41,977 nucleotides of DNA from an uncultured Thermoplasmata archaeon (GTDB taxonomy: Archaea > Thermoplasmatota > Thermoplasmata > UBA10834). This document shows, in pieces, positions 34,333 through 41,977 of the stretch. The position numbers were made by a program, and so were the translations under genes. Below the pieces are notes generated by a model, which saw only the letters and a program-made list of their open reading frames with translations, was not told the origin of the DNA and did not search any database. Location of the stretch: NCBI GenBank assembly GCA_964535775.1, contig CAZHTV010000002.1:1-41977 (forward strand), written 5' to 3'. The stretch's first letter is position 1. The number at the start of each line of letters is the position of its first letter.

Positions 34333-35025
34333 GTGGGCGCTCCTACGACAGGCGACCTCCTTGGGCTGGCAGGCGTGTACGGATACGTGCTATGCGTTGT
34401 CATCATATCCTGGGCGCTCAGGAATCGCGTCCGAAACCCCCGCAAGATCGTCCACATACTCGTGGGAGGCATCGTGTTCTTCTGGTGGAGCTTCGACTCG
34501 AGGCTGATCATGGCTGGGCTCGCTGCGCTCCCGTTCGTCCCACTTCTGCTCCTGGCTTCTCCGCGTTCGCCCGTGGACTTCCTGAAGAACAGCCCGCTCG
34601 GCGCGCGGTCATCCGAAGGACATCCTTACGGCCTGGTCTTCTATGCGATCTCGTGGACCATAATCGCCTGCTTCCTCTTCGATGACCTGTATGCAGCATC
34701 GATAGCGATAGCCGCCATGTCTTTCGGCGATGGGATGGGCGAGTTCGTCGGCAGGAGTGTGGGCAAATTGACCTATCTGCCCAACAGAACCGTGGAGGGC
34801 TCTGCTGCGGTCTTCCTCGCAACATCGGTCAGCATACTCGTCCTGACGTGGTTCTATTTCGACGTGATCGGATACTGCGGGAGCACGATCCCAGCACTTG
34901 TGGTCCCCTTCGCGTTTGTCGTCGGAGGACTCGTAGCATCCCTGGAGGCCATCACACCTGGTTCAGTGGACAACCTCGTCATACCTCTCGCATGTGCGGG
35001 CATTCTCCACGTCATAGGGGTGTGA
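34333..35025 (+). CDS. Polytopic membrane protein, CTP-dependent polyprenol (dolichol/phytol) kinase / CdsA-superfamily-like
   Basis: 230 aa with about 6-7 TM segments. The motif AMSFGDGMGEFVGRSVGK resembles the GDxxAxxxGxxxGK signature. It uses a GTG start. Confidence 0.5.
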   Translation: MGAPTTGDLLGLAGVYGYVLCVVIISWALRNRVRNPRKIVHILVGGIVFFWWSFDSRLIMAGLAALPFVPLLLLASPRSPVDFLKNSPLGARSSEGHPYGLVFYAISWTIIACFLFDDLYAASIAIAAMSFGDGMGEFVGRSVGKLTYLPNRTVEGSAAVFLATSVSILVLTWFYFDVIGYCGSTIPALVVPFAFVVGGLVASLEAITPGSVDNLVIPLACAGILHVIGV

Positions 35026-35612
35026 GCGTGAGGTTCTTCGCCGTAGATGGGCTCGATGGCTGCGGCAAGGACACGCACGCTGAGAGAATACGAGCCCTCT
35101 TTGAGGCAGAGGGGCAGAGAGTGACCATCATCTCGCATCCGTCCCGCTCGCGGCCGGGCAGGCTCTCGAAGAGGTTCCTGGAGGGCAGTGGACCGGTGTC
35201 ACAGCTCTTCGCCACCTTCTTCTACACCACCGATGTGCTCATGTCTGTTCGATGGCTCACCACCAAGGGAGAGGGGACCGTGATCTTTGTGAGGTACCTG
35301 CTGGGCAGTGCGTATCTCCCCAGGCGTCTCGCACCGGTCGCTTACGGGTTCTTCAGCCGCCTCCTCCCGTTCCCCGATCTGGCTCTGTTCATAGACATCG
35401 ATCCCGAGGTGGCCGTCAGGCGCATAGCCTCGCGCGGCCACAAGCCTGAGATGTTCGAGACCACATACAGGCTGGCGAAGGCGAGGTCCGTCGCGAAGGA
35501 GCTCGTCCGCGAGGGTTGGACCACGGTCGACAACAGCGAGGACGGAGAGGCTCCCTTCCGAGAGGTCGAGAGGATCCTCAGAGAACGATCATTTCTTCGG
35601 CCTGCAGTCTGA
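35022..35612 (+). CDS. Thymidylate-kinase-family P-loop kinase
   Basis: From the GTG at 35022, which overlaps the upstream TGA (GTGA). It has the P-loop FFAVDGLDGCGKDT, VRYLLGSAY and PDLALFIDIDPEVAVRRI. The upstream part of track ORF 34848.. overlaps the previous gene in another frame. Confidence 0.65.
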   Translation: MSVRFFAVDGLDGCGKDTHAERIRALFEAEGQRVTIISHPSRSRPGRLSKRFLEGSGPVSQLFATFFYTTDVLMSVRWLTTKGEGTVIFVRYLLGSAYLPRRLAPVAYGFFSRLLPFPDLALFIDIDPEVAVRRIASRGHKPEMFETTYRLAKARSVAKELVREGWTTVDNSEDGEAPFREVERILRERSFLRPAV

Positions 35613-36551
35613 GGTCTCGTCGGGTACCTTCTGGATCTGACCTGAGGAGGCGTGTGGGGCCATCTTGCATTTCACGCAACGCGCGTCGCAGGGCTCTATG
35701 TGCACTATCACCGACGCATGCGCCAAGGCGGCCTTGATCTCCTTCTCCAGCTCGTCCACGAGGTCGTGGCTCTGCTTCACGCTCTGGTAACGTGGAACCA
35801 CCAGATGAAGGTCGATCTGCCTGTCCGAACCCATCTTGCGCGCCCTCAGCTTGTGGAAATCCAGCACATCCGATTCGTGCCTCCTTATGACCAGCTCTAT
35901 CAGTCTCAGCTCTGGTTCGGGGAGGCTTTTGTCGAGCAGACCCTCCGTAGAGCGCTTGGTGATGTCGAAAGCCGTGCGGATGATGAACACAGCGACCAGC
36001 ATCGCTACCGCGGGGTCCAGCCGTTGATAGCCTGTGAAGTGTATCAGAACGAGGGCCATCATGACACCGACCGAAGTCCAGACGTCCGTCAACAGGTGGT
36101 ACGCATCGGCCTCGAGTGCCAGAGAGTCCGTCTTCTTCGCCACCCTCTTGAGCCTGGTTCCGACGTAGAGGTTCAGGACCGTGGACGCCGCCATCACGAC
36201 TATGCCAGCTGCGAGAAGCTCGACCTCGGCCTCCCTCCCGAACAACCTCCTGCCTGCCTCGTATATGATCCAGCCTGCCGCTACGAATATCAGAACCCCT
36301 TCGACCATGCCCGACAGGTTCTCATACTTGCCATGACCGAAGTGGTGCTCCTTGTCCGCCGGCTCAGCGGACATGGCGACGGAGAACCTGGCCATGAGCG
36401 CCGCCAGGAGGTCCATGCCCGAATGGATCGCCTCAGAGATCACCGCGACGGAGCCCATGAGGACCCCGACCACGAGCTTGAGCGCTACCAGGATTGTGTT
36501 CGAGACGACCGAAAGCTTCGCGACCGCGATCTTCTCCTCGGCGGCTCCCAT
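35589..36551 (-). CDS. Cation diffusion facilitator (CDF) family metal efflux transporter
   Basis: 320 aa. It has AIHSGMDLLAA, HHFGHGKYE, HLLTDVW and a C-terminal cytoplasmic domain with an extra Cys-rich tail (EPCDARCVKCK). Confidence 0.85.
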   Translation of the reverse strand: MGAAEEKIAVAKLSVVSNTILVALKLVVGVLMGSVAVISEAIHSGMDLLAALMARFSVAMSAEPADKEHHFGHGKYENLSGMVEGVLIFVAAGWIIYEAGRRLFGREAEVELLAAGIVVMAASTVLNLYVGTRLKRVAKKTDSLALEADAYHLLTDVWTSVGVMMALVLIHFTGYQRLDPAVAMLVAVFIIRTAFDITKRSTEGLLDKSLPEPELRLIELVIRRHESDVLDFHKLRARKMGSDRQIDLHLVVPRYQSVKQSHDLVDELEKEIKAALAHASVIVHIEPCDARCVKCKMAPHASSGQIQKVPDETSDCRPKK

Positions 36552-36628
36552 CGACGGGTTCGATGATATAGCCAGTACTTAGGTCTTGTTGCAGCTCGTA
36601 CCCACCACACCCGCAATTCGAAAGCATT

Positions 36629-38230
36629 ATGGCGGATAAGCCGGATAACTCGGCTGGAACGGCAGGAATGCACATGACGAAGGACCCGAGCCATTTCCTC
36701 AATGAGCTCCCGATCTGGAAACTGAAATTGGTTGCGGAGGAGTACAGGATCGACATCTCGACCTGCAAGTACAAGAGGGACTATGTCGAGAAGATAGGAG
36801 CCAAGAAACTGACCGAAGAACAGGTCAGACAGGTGCTCAGCAAATCCAAGAAGGAGCCGGTCAAGGCACAGACAGAGGACGCCTCAGAGGAGATAAAGGA
36901 GATCGGCAGGGACATCCAGAAAATAGCTGAGAGGCCGGCCGAGCCCAAGGACATCCCAGGCGAGGACGAGAAGATACTTGACCGACACTTGGACGAAGCG
37001 CTCACTATGAAGCCGCAGTTCTTCCAAGTCGACTCGGCGAATGAGGAAGCCTTCAACAGGATGCTTCTCGGGGACTACCATGACGCGATCAAGGCCAACA
37101 GGGAGGCCCGGATCAGGTGTCTGGACCTGTTCTCCAGCTTCCAGGTCTATTCCGCTGCGGTGTCGATCCGCGCAGCCGACGAGCTTCTGGCCAAGCTCCC
37201 TGCGGACAGAGCCGACGTTCGGTCCGGACTCAAGACCTCGCTCGCGGCGGCGAAGATGGCTTTCGTCCACGGGACACCAAGGCAGAGGGAGGAGACCATA
37301 GAGAACCTGGAGGCTCTGGCTACGAGGGCGTATGAGACGTATTGGGGGGAGTCCAACCGCGCGGAAAGCGAACTCCTTGAACTCCTTCGTGACTACGAGT
37401 CATTCGGCACCAGGACAGAGGAAGCGAGAAGATACCTTGAGATAGCGGCCAGCGCCAAGCGCTCTCACAACCTCGAGGAACATTCGCGCATGCTGGCCCA
37501 GGCACGCAAGGCCGCGGAGAAGGCCAAGTCGGACAGGGCCGTCGAACTCGAAGGCATCTACCACATCGTCCGCGCAGCAGCTGCGGAGGCACAGGAGAGC
37601 GGCGCGGCTCTTGCCGATGTGGAGAAGGGCCTTGCCGATGCGAGGGAGGCGATGGAGGCCGGTTCGTTCGTGCAGGCAGTTAGGCTGATGGCCGACATCG
37701 AACGCGCGGCAGATGCGGCCCACATCGAAAGACTGAAGGCCGACAAGGAGCTCGAGAAGGCGAAAGTAGAGCTTGCCAGGTCTGTGGAGGCCAACTACGG
37801 ACCGGTCATGAATGAGGCGGCATCCTACGGGTTAGACGTTCGCGAGCCGATCTTCCACGCAGGAAACGTGAGAGCGGCCCTTGACCGAGAGGACGTTGTG
37901 AATGCCACTAAGTTCGCCCGAAGGGTCAAGGAGATAATGGACGGGATGGAGAAGGACCTCGACCGGAAACGAATAGAGGTTGGCGTTGCTGTCAGAATAC
38001 CCAACGCGAAGTGCGGCAAGTGCAAGAAGAAGTCCTTGTACGCCTTCCCGGGCTCGGTACGGAAATGCATGTCATGTGGCCACTCCTTCAGCGTCTCCGA
38101 AGTCAAGGCCGAATCGGAAACGGCCGTTGATGCTAGCCGGCAGGTGAAGCCAGCGGAGCAGCCGCCCAAGCCCGTTCCGGAAGAGAAGACGAAGCCTCCG
38201 GAGGGGAAGAAGCGTTGGTTCAGGTGGTAG
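36629..38230 (+). CDS. HeH/SAP-like N-terminus + long alpha-helical/coiled-coil region + C-terminal zinc ribbon, function unknown
   Basis: 533 aa. The N-terminal LNELPIWKLKLVAEEYRIDISTCKYKRDYVEKIG resembles Rho-N/HeH motifs. The middle is A/E/R-rich and helical. The C-terminus has CGKCKKK...CMSCGH (C-x2-C-x14-C-x2-C) and a K/P-rich tail. Confidence 0.6.
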   Translation: MADKPDNSAGTAGMHMTKDPSHFLNELPIWKLKLVAEEYRIDISTCKYKRDYVEKIGAKKLTEEQVRQVLSKSKKEPVKAQTEDASEEIKEIGRDIQKIAERPAEPKDIPGEDEKILDRHLDEALTMKPQFFQVDSANEEAFNRMLLGDYHDAIKANREARIRCLDLFSSFQVYSAAVSIRAADELLAKLPADRADVRSGLKTSLAAAKMAFVHGTPRQREETIENLEALATRAYETYWGESNRAESELLELLRDYESFGTRTEEARRYLEIAASAKRSHNLEEHSRMLAQARKAAEKAKSDRAVELEGIYHIVRAAAAEAQESGAALADVEKGLADAREAMEAGSFVQAVRLMADIERAADAAHIERLKADKELEKAKVELARSVEANYGPVMNEAASYGLDVREPIFHAGNVRAALDREDVVNATKFARRVKEIMDGMEKDLDRKRIEVGVAVRIPNAKCGKCKKKSLYAFPGSVRKCMSCGHSFSVSEVKAESETAVDASRQVKPAEQPPKPVPEEKTKPPEGKKRWFRW

Positions 38231-38732
38231 CCGGCGGAGTCTCCTGGAGCTGCTTCTGCTCCACTGCCTCCTTGGCGAGACCCCGGATGACGTCAGCGCG
38301 TGTCACTATGCCGACTACCTCGTTCCCGTCCACCACGGGCAGCCTGTTTATCCCGCGCTGGACCATCCTCATGACGGCCTCGCTAACGGTGATATCAGGC
38401 CCGACCACCTCCACATGCCTGGACATGACCTCTCGGACGGGCATGTGGCCTATCTCTCCGTAAGCCTCGATTATCTCCCTCTGGGTCACCTCCTCCTGGA
38501 ACGCTATCCCGAGGGACGAGATTGACGGATAGATGAGTCTCAGGTCCTTCTTCTGTGTCTTGATCGACCTGAGGACGTCCGCCTCGCTGAAGATGCCGAC
38601 TATCTGACCGCTCTCCACTACAGGCAGCCCTGATATGTTGTTCTGGGCAAGCATCGCGGAGGCGTCCTTCACCTGCGTGTCTGGCTTCACGGTGATGACA
38701 GGCTTGCTCATGATATCCTTGACTTTCAACAT
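38220..38732 (-). CDS. CBS-domain pair protein
   Basis: From the ATG at 38732 (MLKVKDIMSKPVITVKPDT...). It has two CBS repeats (ISGLPVV.. and INRLPVV..). GGTGA lies 5 nt upstream and a TATA-like box at 38761-38773. Confidence 0.85.
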   Translation of the reverse strand: MLKVKDIMSKPVITVKPDTQVKDASAMLAQNNISGLPVVESGQIVGIFSEADVLRSIKTQKKDLRLIYPSISSLGIAFQEEVTQREIIEAYGEIGHMPVREVMSRHVEVVGPDITVSEAVMRMVQRGINRLPVVDGNEVVGIVTRADVIRGLAKEAVEQKQLQETPPATT

Positions 38733-38760
38733 CTTTATCACCTTGATGATTGGTGGGAAA

Positions 38761-38773
38761 GCTATAAATGTTT
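38761..38773 (-). promoter_or_regulatory. Candidate BRE/TATA for the CBS gene
   Basis: The minus strand reads AAACATTTATAGC, 29 nt upstream of the ATG at 38732. Confidence 0.45.
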
Positions 38774-38818
38774 CCACAGGCAGTCCCACGGATGCCGACG
38801 CATATCCAGGTGTGACCT

Positions 38819-39772
38819 ATGCACATGAAGCTCAGACCGATATCAGACATCGAGATCGATGAGAACACGAAGGTCCGCGACCTGACCTCCCAGATGCTCG
38901 CCTCAGGCGGGTTCACCGCCAAGAAGCTCGGGCTGGCATGCGACATCGTGAAGAGGATGCTGCAAGACCGGCAGTGCACCATATTCCTGTCCTTCCCCGC
39001 ATGCATAGTCTCCACGGGCACGCGGGGGGTCATCAGGAGACTCGTTCAGGACAGGCTGGTTGACACGATAGTCACGACCTGCGGGACGCTCGACCACGAC
39101 CTTGCGAGAGTCTGGAAGAAGTACTACCATGGGGATTTCCTCATGGACGACGCGGACCTCCACAGGAAGGGCATCAACAGGCTGGGGAACATACTCATTC
39201 CGAACGAGAGCTACGGGGTGGTCCTCGAACAGAAGATACAGCCCATCCTGGACGAGCTCTACAGGGGCGGCAGGAAGACCATGTCGAGCAGGCAGCTCGC
39301 TCACGAGTTCGGGATCAGGGTGCGGGACAAGAAGTCCATACTGTATTGGGCAGCGAAGAACGAGGTCCCGGTGTATGTCCCTGGGATAACGGACGGAGCC
39401 TTCGGGTCACAGCTCTGGCTCTTCAAACAGCAGCACAGCGATTTCAACTTGGACGTGATGAAGGACGAGCAGGAACTGGCGGACATCGTCTTCTCGGCCA
39501 AGAAGACAGGGGCCATCATGGTCGGCGGGGGAATATCGAAGCATCATGTGATCTGGTGGAACCAGTTCAGAGGGGGACTCGAGTACGCCGTCTACCTGAC
39601 CACCGCTGAGGAATGGGACGGGTCGCTCTCAGGCGCAAGGATACGCGAGGCCGTCAGCTGGGGCAAGGTGAAGGAGAACGCGCAATACACGACGGTTGAG
39701 GGGGATGCTACAATCACCCTTCCGATGCTGGCGGCATCGGTCTTGCCGGTGGGGCGGCCAGGAAGACATTAA
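38819..39772 (+). CDS. dys: Deoxyhypusine synthase
   Basis: 317 aa. The translation has ASGGFTAKKLG, IFLSFPA, VTTCGTLDHD, VGGGISKHHVIWWN and SWGKV. Confidence 0.9.
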   Translation: MHMKLRPISDIEIDENTKVRDLTSQMLASGGFTAKKLGLACDIVKRMLQDRQCTIFLSFPACIVSTGTRGVIRRLVQDRLVDTIVTTCGTLDHDLARVWKKYYHGDFLMDDADLHRKGINRLGNILIPNESYGVVLEQKIQPILDELYRGGRKTMSSRQLAHEFGIRVRDKKSILYWAAKNEVPVYVPGITDGAFGSQLWLFKQQHSDFNLDVMKDEQELADIVFSAKKTGAIMVGGGISKHHVIWWNQFRGGLEYAVYLTTAEEWDGSLSGARIREAVSWGKVKENAQYTTVEGDATITLPMLAASVLPVGRPGRH

Positions 39773-39820
39773 TAGCGTGTACGAAAATACTCTATACCCT
39801 AGCCACAGGCGGATGATGTG

Positions 39821-40888
39821 ATGACGCCCAAAGACATAGGCCCGGAGATACCCTCGCCTCAGGACCTAATGGCTTTTACCAAGGAGTACTTCAAGGCCTA
39901 CATGGACACCATTGAGGAGAAGAAACCGCAGGCCTACCCGAGGTTCGCTCAGGATGCGCCATACGACATCAAGAGCTACCTCCTTCCCAACGGCTGCATA
40001 TGCATGATATTCAACTCGTCCCAGGAACTGAAGGTGGAAGGGGGTTCGAGGGACTGGGACCAGGCCCAGGAGATCATCGTGAAGGGCGTGGACCACTTCG
40101 CGGGTTTCTTCCCCTTCGAGGGCAGGTCACTGGGAGACTGGAACAAGAGGGGCAAGAGAGACGCGCACAGGGACATGAGGCTTCTCGACAAATCGGACCT
40201 CGGCAGGTGCGGCGCTGACCTGGAGGGCATGGTGGACAACATCACCAAAATGGTCAAGGCCAACCCCTGGCTGGGCAGGTCCGGCACGGAGATGATATCC
40301 ACGCTCAGAGGCATCGAGGGCAGGGTGAAAGGAGGCTTCCCGACAGTCGACGCCATCGCGACCCTTCAGTTCCTGAAGTCGTACAATCCAGGGGCGGAAA
40401 GCGTCACCATTGAGTTCCCCGACAAAGAGCTCCTGCAGGACATCTCCGATGGCATCAGGAATATCTCCGAGCTCGAGGGAAAGCTCGATATGATAGAGAA
40501 CCGCATATTCGAGATCGAGAAGTTGGCCAGCTCGCCTGAGAAGGACTCGCAGGTCGCGGACGCGGCCGACAGGATTGAGAGGCTTGAGAAGCAGCTTGAG
40601 AAGGTCTCGAACATACTCACGATGCTCAACTCGAAGGTTGAGAACTACTTCTCTAAGAGTGCGGAGAAAGAGCGCCAGGCGGACCTCGAACGCCAGATAG
40701 ACGAACACATGTCCAAGTCGCTCTCGCACGATACGAAGATAACCGATCTGGAGAAGGAGGCGGAGAAACTCGTCGAGGAGATGCGCAAGATGGCCGCCAA
40801 AATGGAGAAGGACATCCACGACAGCAGGAAGAGGATCGCGCGCATGGAGAAGCACTTCGTCGACTTCGCCAAGATGGTCCAAGAGTAG
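39821..40888 (+). CDS. Hypothetical protein: ~210-aa globular N-terminus + ~140-aa C-terminal coiled coil
   Basis: The start is the ATG at 39821, or the GTG at 39818. I recognise no motif in the N-terminal part. The C-terminus is heptad-like (LEKQLEKVSNILTMLNSKVE...EKEAEKLVEEMRKMAAKMEKD). Confidence 0.6.
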   Translation: MTPKDIGPEIPSPQDLMAFTKEYFKAYMDTIEEKKPQAYPRFAQDAPYDIKSYLLPNGCICMIFNSSQELKVEGGSRDWDQAQEIIVKGVDHFAGFFPFEGRSLGDWNKRGKRDAHRDMRLLDKSDLGRCGADLEGMVDNITKMVKANPWLGRSGTEMISTLRGIEGRVKGGFPTVDAIATLQFLKSYNPGAESVTIEFPDKELLQDISDGIRNISELEGKLDMIENRIFEIEKLASSPEKDSQVADAADRIERLEKQLEKVSNILTMLNSKVENYFSKSAEKERQADLERQIDEHMSKSLSHDTKITDLEKEAEKLVEEMRKMAAKMEKDIHDSRKRIARMEKHFVDFAKMVQE

Positions 40889-40894
40889 TGTGCA

Positions 40895-41887
40895 ATGAAG
40901 CGAATATGCGTTCTGCCAGGAGACGGCATCGGGCCCGAAGTGGTCGGGTGCGCGGTGGATGTCCTCAAATCCACCACGGGAGAACTCGAGTTCGAGTACG
41001 CAGAGATCGGGGAGAGGGCATACGGCATGGTTGGGGCCCACCTCCCCGATGAAACGCTCGAGATGATGAGGTCCTGTGACAGCTGCCTGTTCGGGGCCGT
41101 GACCAGCAGCGACCTGCCCGACTACGAATCGCCCGTCCTGAAGTTCAGAAAGGTTCTGGACCTCTACGCCAGCGTAAGACCCGTCCGAACGCTGGTCAGG
41201 CGGACCGGCAGAGGCCCTATAGATGCAGTCATAGTCCGGGAGAGCTCCGAGGGGATGTACACTCAGAACGAGGTATTCGACGACACTGGTGTGACCACGC
41301 TCCGACGGGTGACAAGAAGGGCTTCGGAAAGGATAGTGGACTACGCCATAGACTATGCCCTCTCCCACAGGCGAAAGAGCGTCTGTTGCGTACACAAGTC
41401 GAACGTCTTACGGTCCTCCGATGGACTGTTCCTAGAGGTATTCAGAGATGAAGCGAAGAGGAAGGGCGGAGGGCTCCAGTTCGAGGATCAGCTCGTGGAC
41501 TCCGCAGCAATGAAGCTCGTGACCAATCCGGAGGCATTCGATGTCATTGTCACCCTCAACTTGTACGGCGACATCCTGTCAGATATCGCAGCCGGGGTCG
41601 CAGGAGGGCTCGGTTTCGCGCCGTCCGCGGCCATCGGCCCGAAACACTCCGTGTTCGAGCCGGCACACGGCTCTGCACCTGACATCGCTGGCAAGGCGAT
41701 AGCGAACCCCACGGCTGCCATACTCGCGGGTGCGATGATGCTGGAGCATCTGGGAATGCTGGAGCCGGCCGAACGTGTCCGCAGGGCGATCACGGAGGTG
41801 TACGCTTCGGGCCACCTGACGGTCGACGTCGGGGGCAGGCACGGCTCACGATCGTTCTCAGATCTCGTGGTCGCAGCGCTCAGATGA
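40895..41887 (+). CDS. Isopropylmalate/homoisocitrate/isocitrate dehydrogenase family (short archaeal type)
   Basis: 330 aa. It has ICVLPGDGIGPEV, RESSEGMY, NLYGDILSD and EPAHGSAPDIAGK. Substrate specificity cannot be assigned from sequence alone. Confidence 0.85.
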   Translation: MKRICVLPGDGIGPEVVGCAVDVLKSTTGELEFEYAEIGERAYGMVGAHLPDETLEMMRSCDSCLFGAVTSSDLPDYESPVLKFRKVLDLYASVRPVRTLVRRTGRGPIDAVIVRESSEGMYTQNEVFDDTGVTTLRRVTRRASERIVDYAIDYALSHRRKSVCCVHKSNVLRSSDGLFLEVFRDEAKRKGGGLQFEDQLVDSAAMKLVTNPEAFDVIVTLNLYGDILSDIAAGVAGGLGFAPSAAIGPKHSVFEPAHGSAPDIAGKAIANPTAAILAGAMMLEHLGMLEPAERVRRAITEVYASGHLTVDVGGRHGSRSFSDLVVAALR

Positions 41888-41977
41888 GCACCGTTTGGAA
41901 GTGTCACCAGACCGACGGCCGGAAAATGCTTCTCAGGCCCGACAACTCGCTCCGCACATATGCGAGCAAACCCCTCG

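Noticed and set aside
35652-36566. 304-aa plus-strand ORF
   Set aside because: It is antisense to the CDF transporter gene.
39818-39824. GTGATGA resembling a C-box of a C/D sRNA
   Set aside because: It coincides with the start codon region of a CDS, and no matching D box (CUGA) or terminal stem lies at the appropriate distance.
40127-41395. 422-aa minus-strand ORF
   Set aside because: It is antisense to the coiled-coil gene and the dehydrogenase gene and crosses their boundary.
1-41977. Amber (UAG) recoding or pyrrolysine usage, considered because of the possible Thermoplasmata affiliation
   Set aside because: TAG is used as an ordinary stop by several well-supported genes here: the M20 peptidase, kamA, the SAM synthetase and hmgA. 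No conserved gene shows an in-frame TAG.
1-41977. CRISPR arrays, transposases, integrases, prophage or toxin-antitoxin modules
   Set aside because: I saw no direct-repeat/spacer arrays in any intergenic region and no recognisable recombinase, Cas or TA motifs in the translations. The tRNA genes show no flanking att-like duplications that I could detect by eye.

Overview
GC-rich, gene-dense archaeal chromosome segment with about 40 CDS and 2 tRNAs, and several convergent or 4-nt gene overlaps. It looks most like a Thermoplasmatota-type euryarchaeon. The evidence is an archaeal-type SAM synthetase, archaeal PheRS beta subunit, deoxyhypusine synthase, a thiolase/HMGCS-like/DUF35 trio, class II HMG-CoA reductase next to mevalonate kinase, CCA-less intron-less tRNAs, and BRE/TATA-like boxes 25-50 nt upstream of starts. 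I saw no CRISPR array, transposase, integrase or rRNA. All family calls come from reading motifs in the supplied translations; no searches were run. Many long ORFs in the track are antisense artefacts of the high GC content. Main observations: (1) A tightly packed six-gene minus-strand operon (3725-9406) encodes thiolase, an HMG-CoA-synthase homologue with all three catalytic residues substituted, DUF35, a two-subunit CoA-transferase and a GSAM-like class III aminotransferase. It is divergent from lysine 2,3-aminomutase and may be an undescribed beta-amino-acid (beta-lysine) pathway. (2) A 1685-aa protein has an N-terminal DUF835 domain and about 1450 aa of coiled coil, including a 21-residue repeat array. 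It lies just downstream of a double-zinc-ribbon coiled-coil protein, and two more coiled-coil proteins occur elsewhere in the window. (3) Two translationally coupled single-domain KaiC-like ATPases. (4) Two tandem paralogous small Cys-rich proteins. (5) A small Zn-ribbon membrane ORF with no canonical start codon, hidden under an ORF extension. (6) A PPAT-YjjX (DUF84) fusion.
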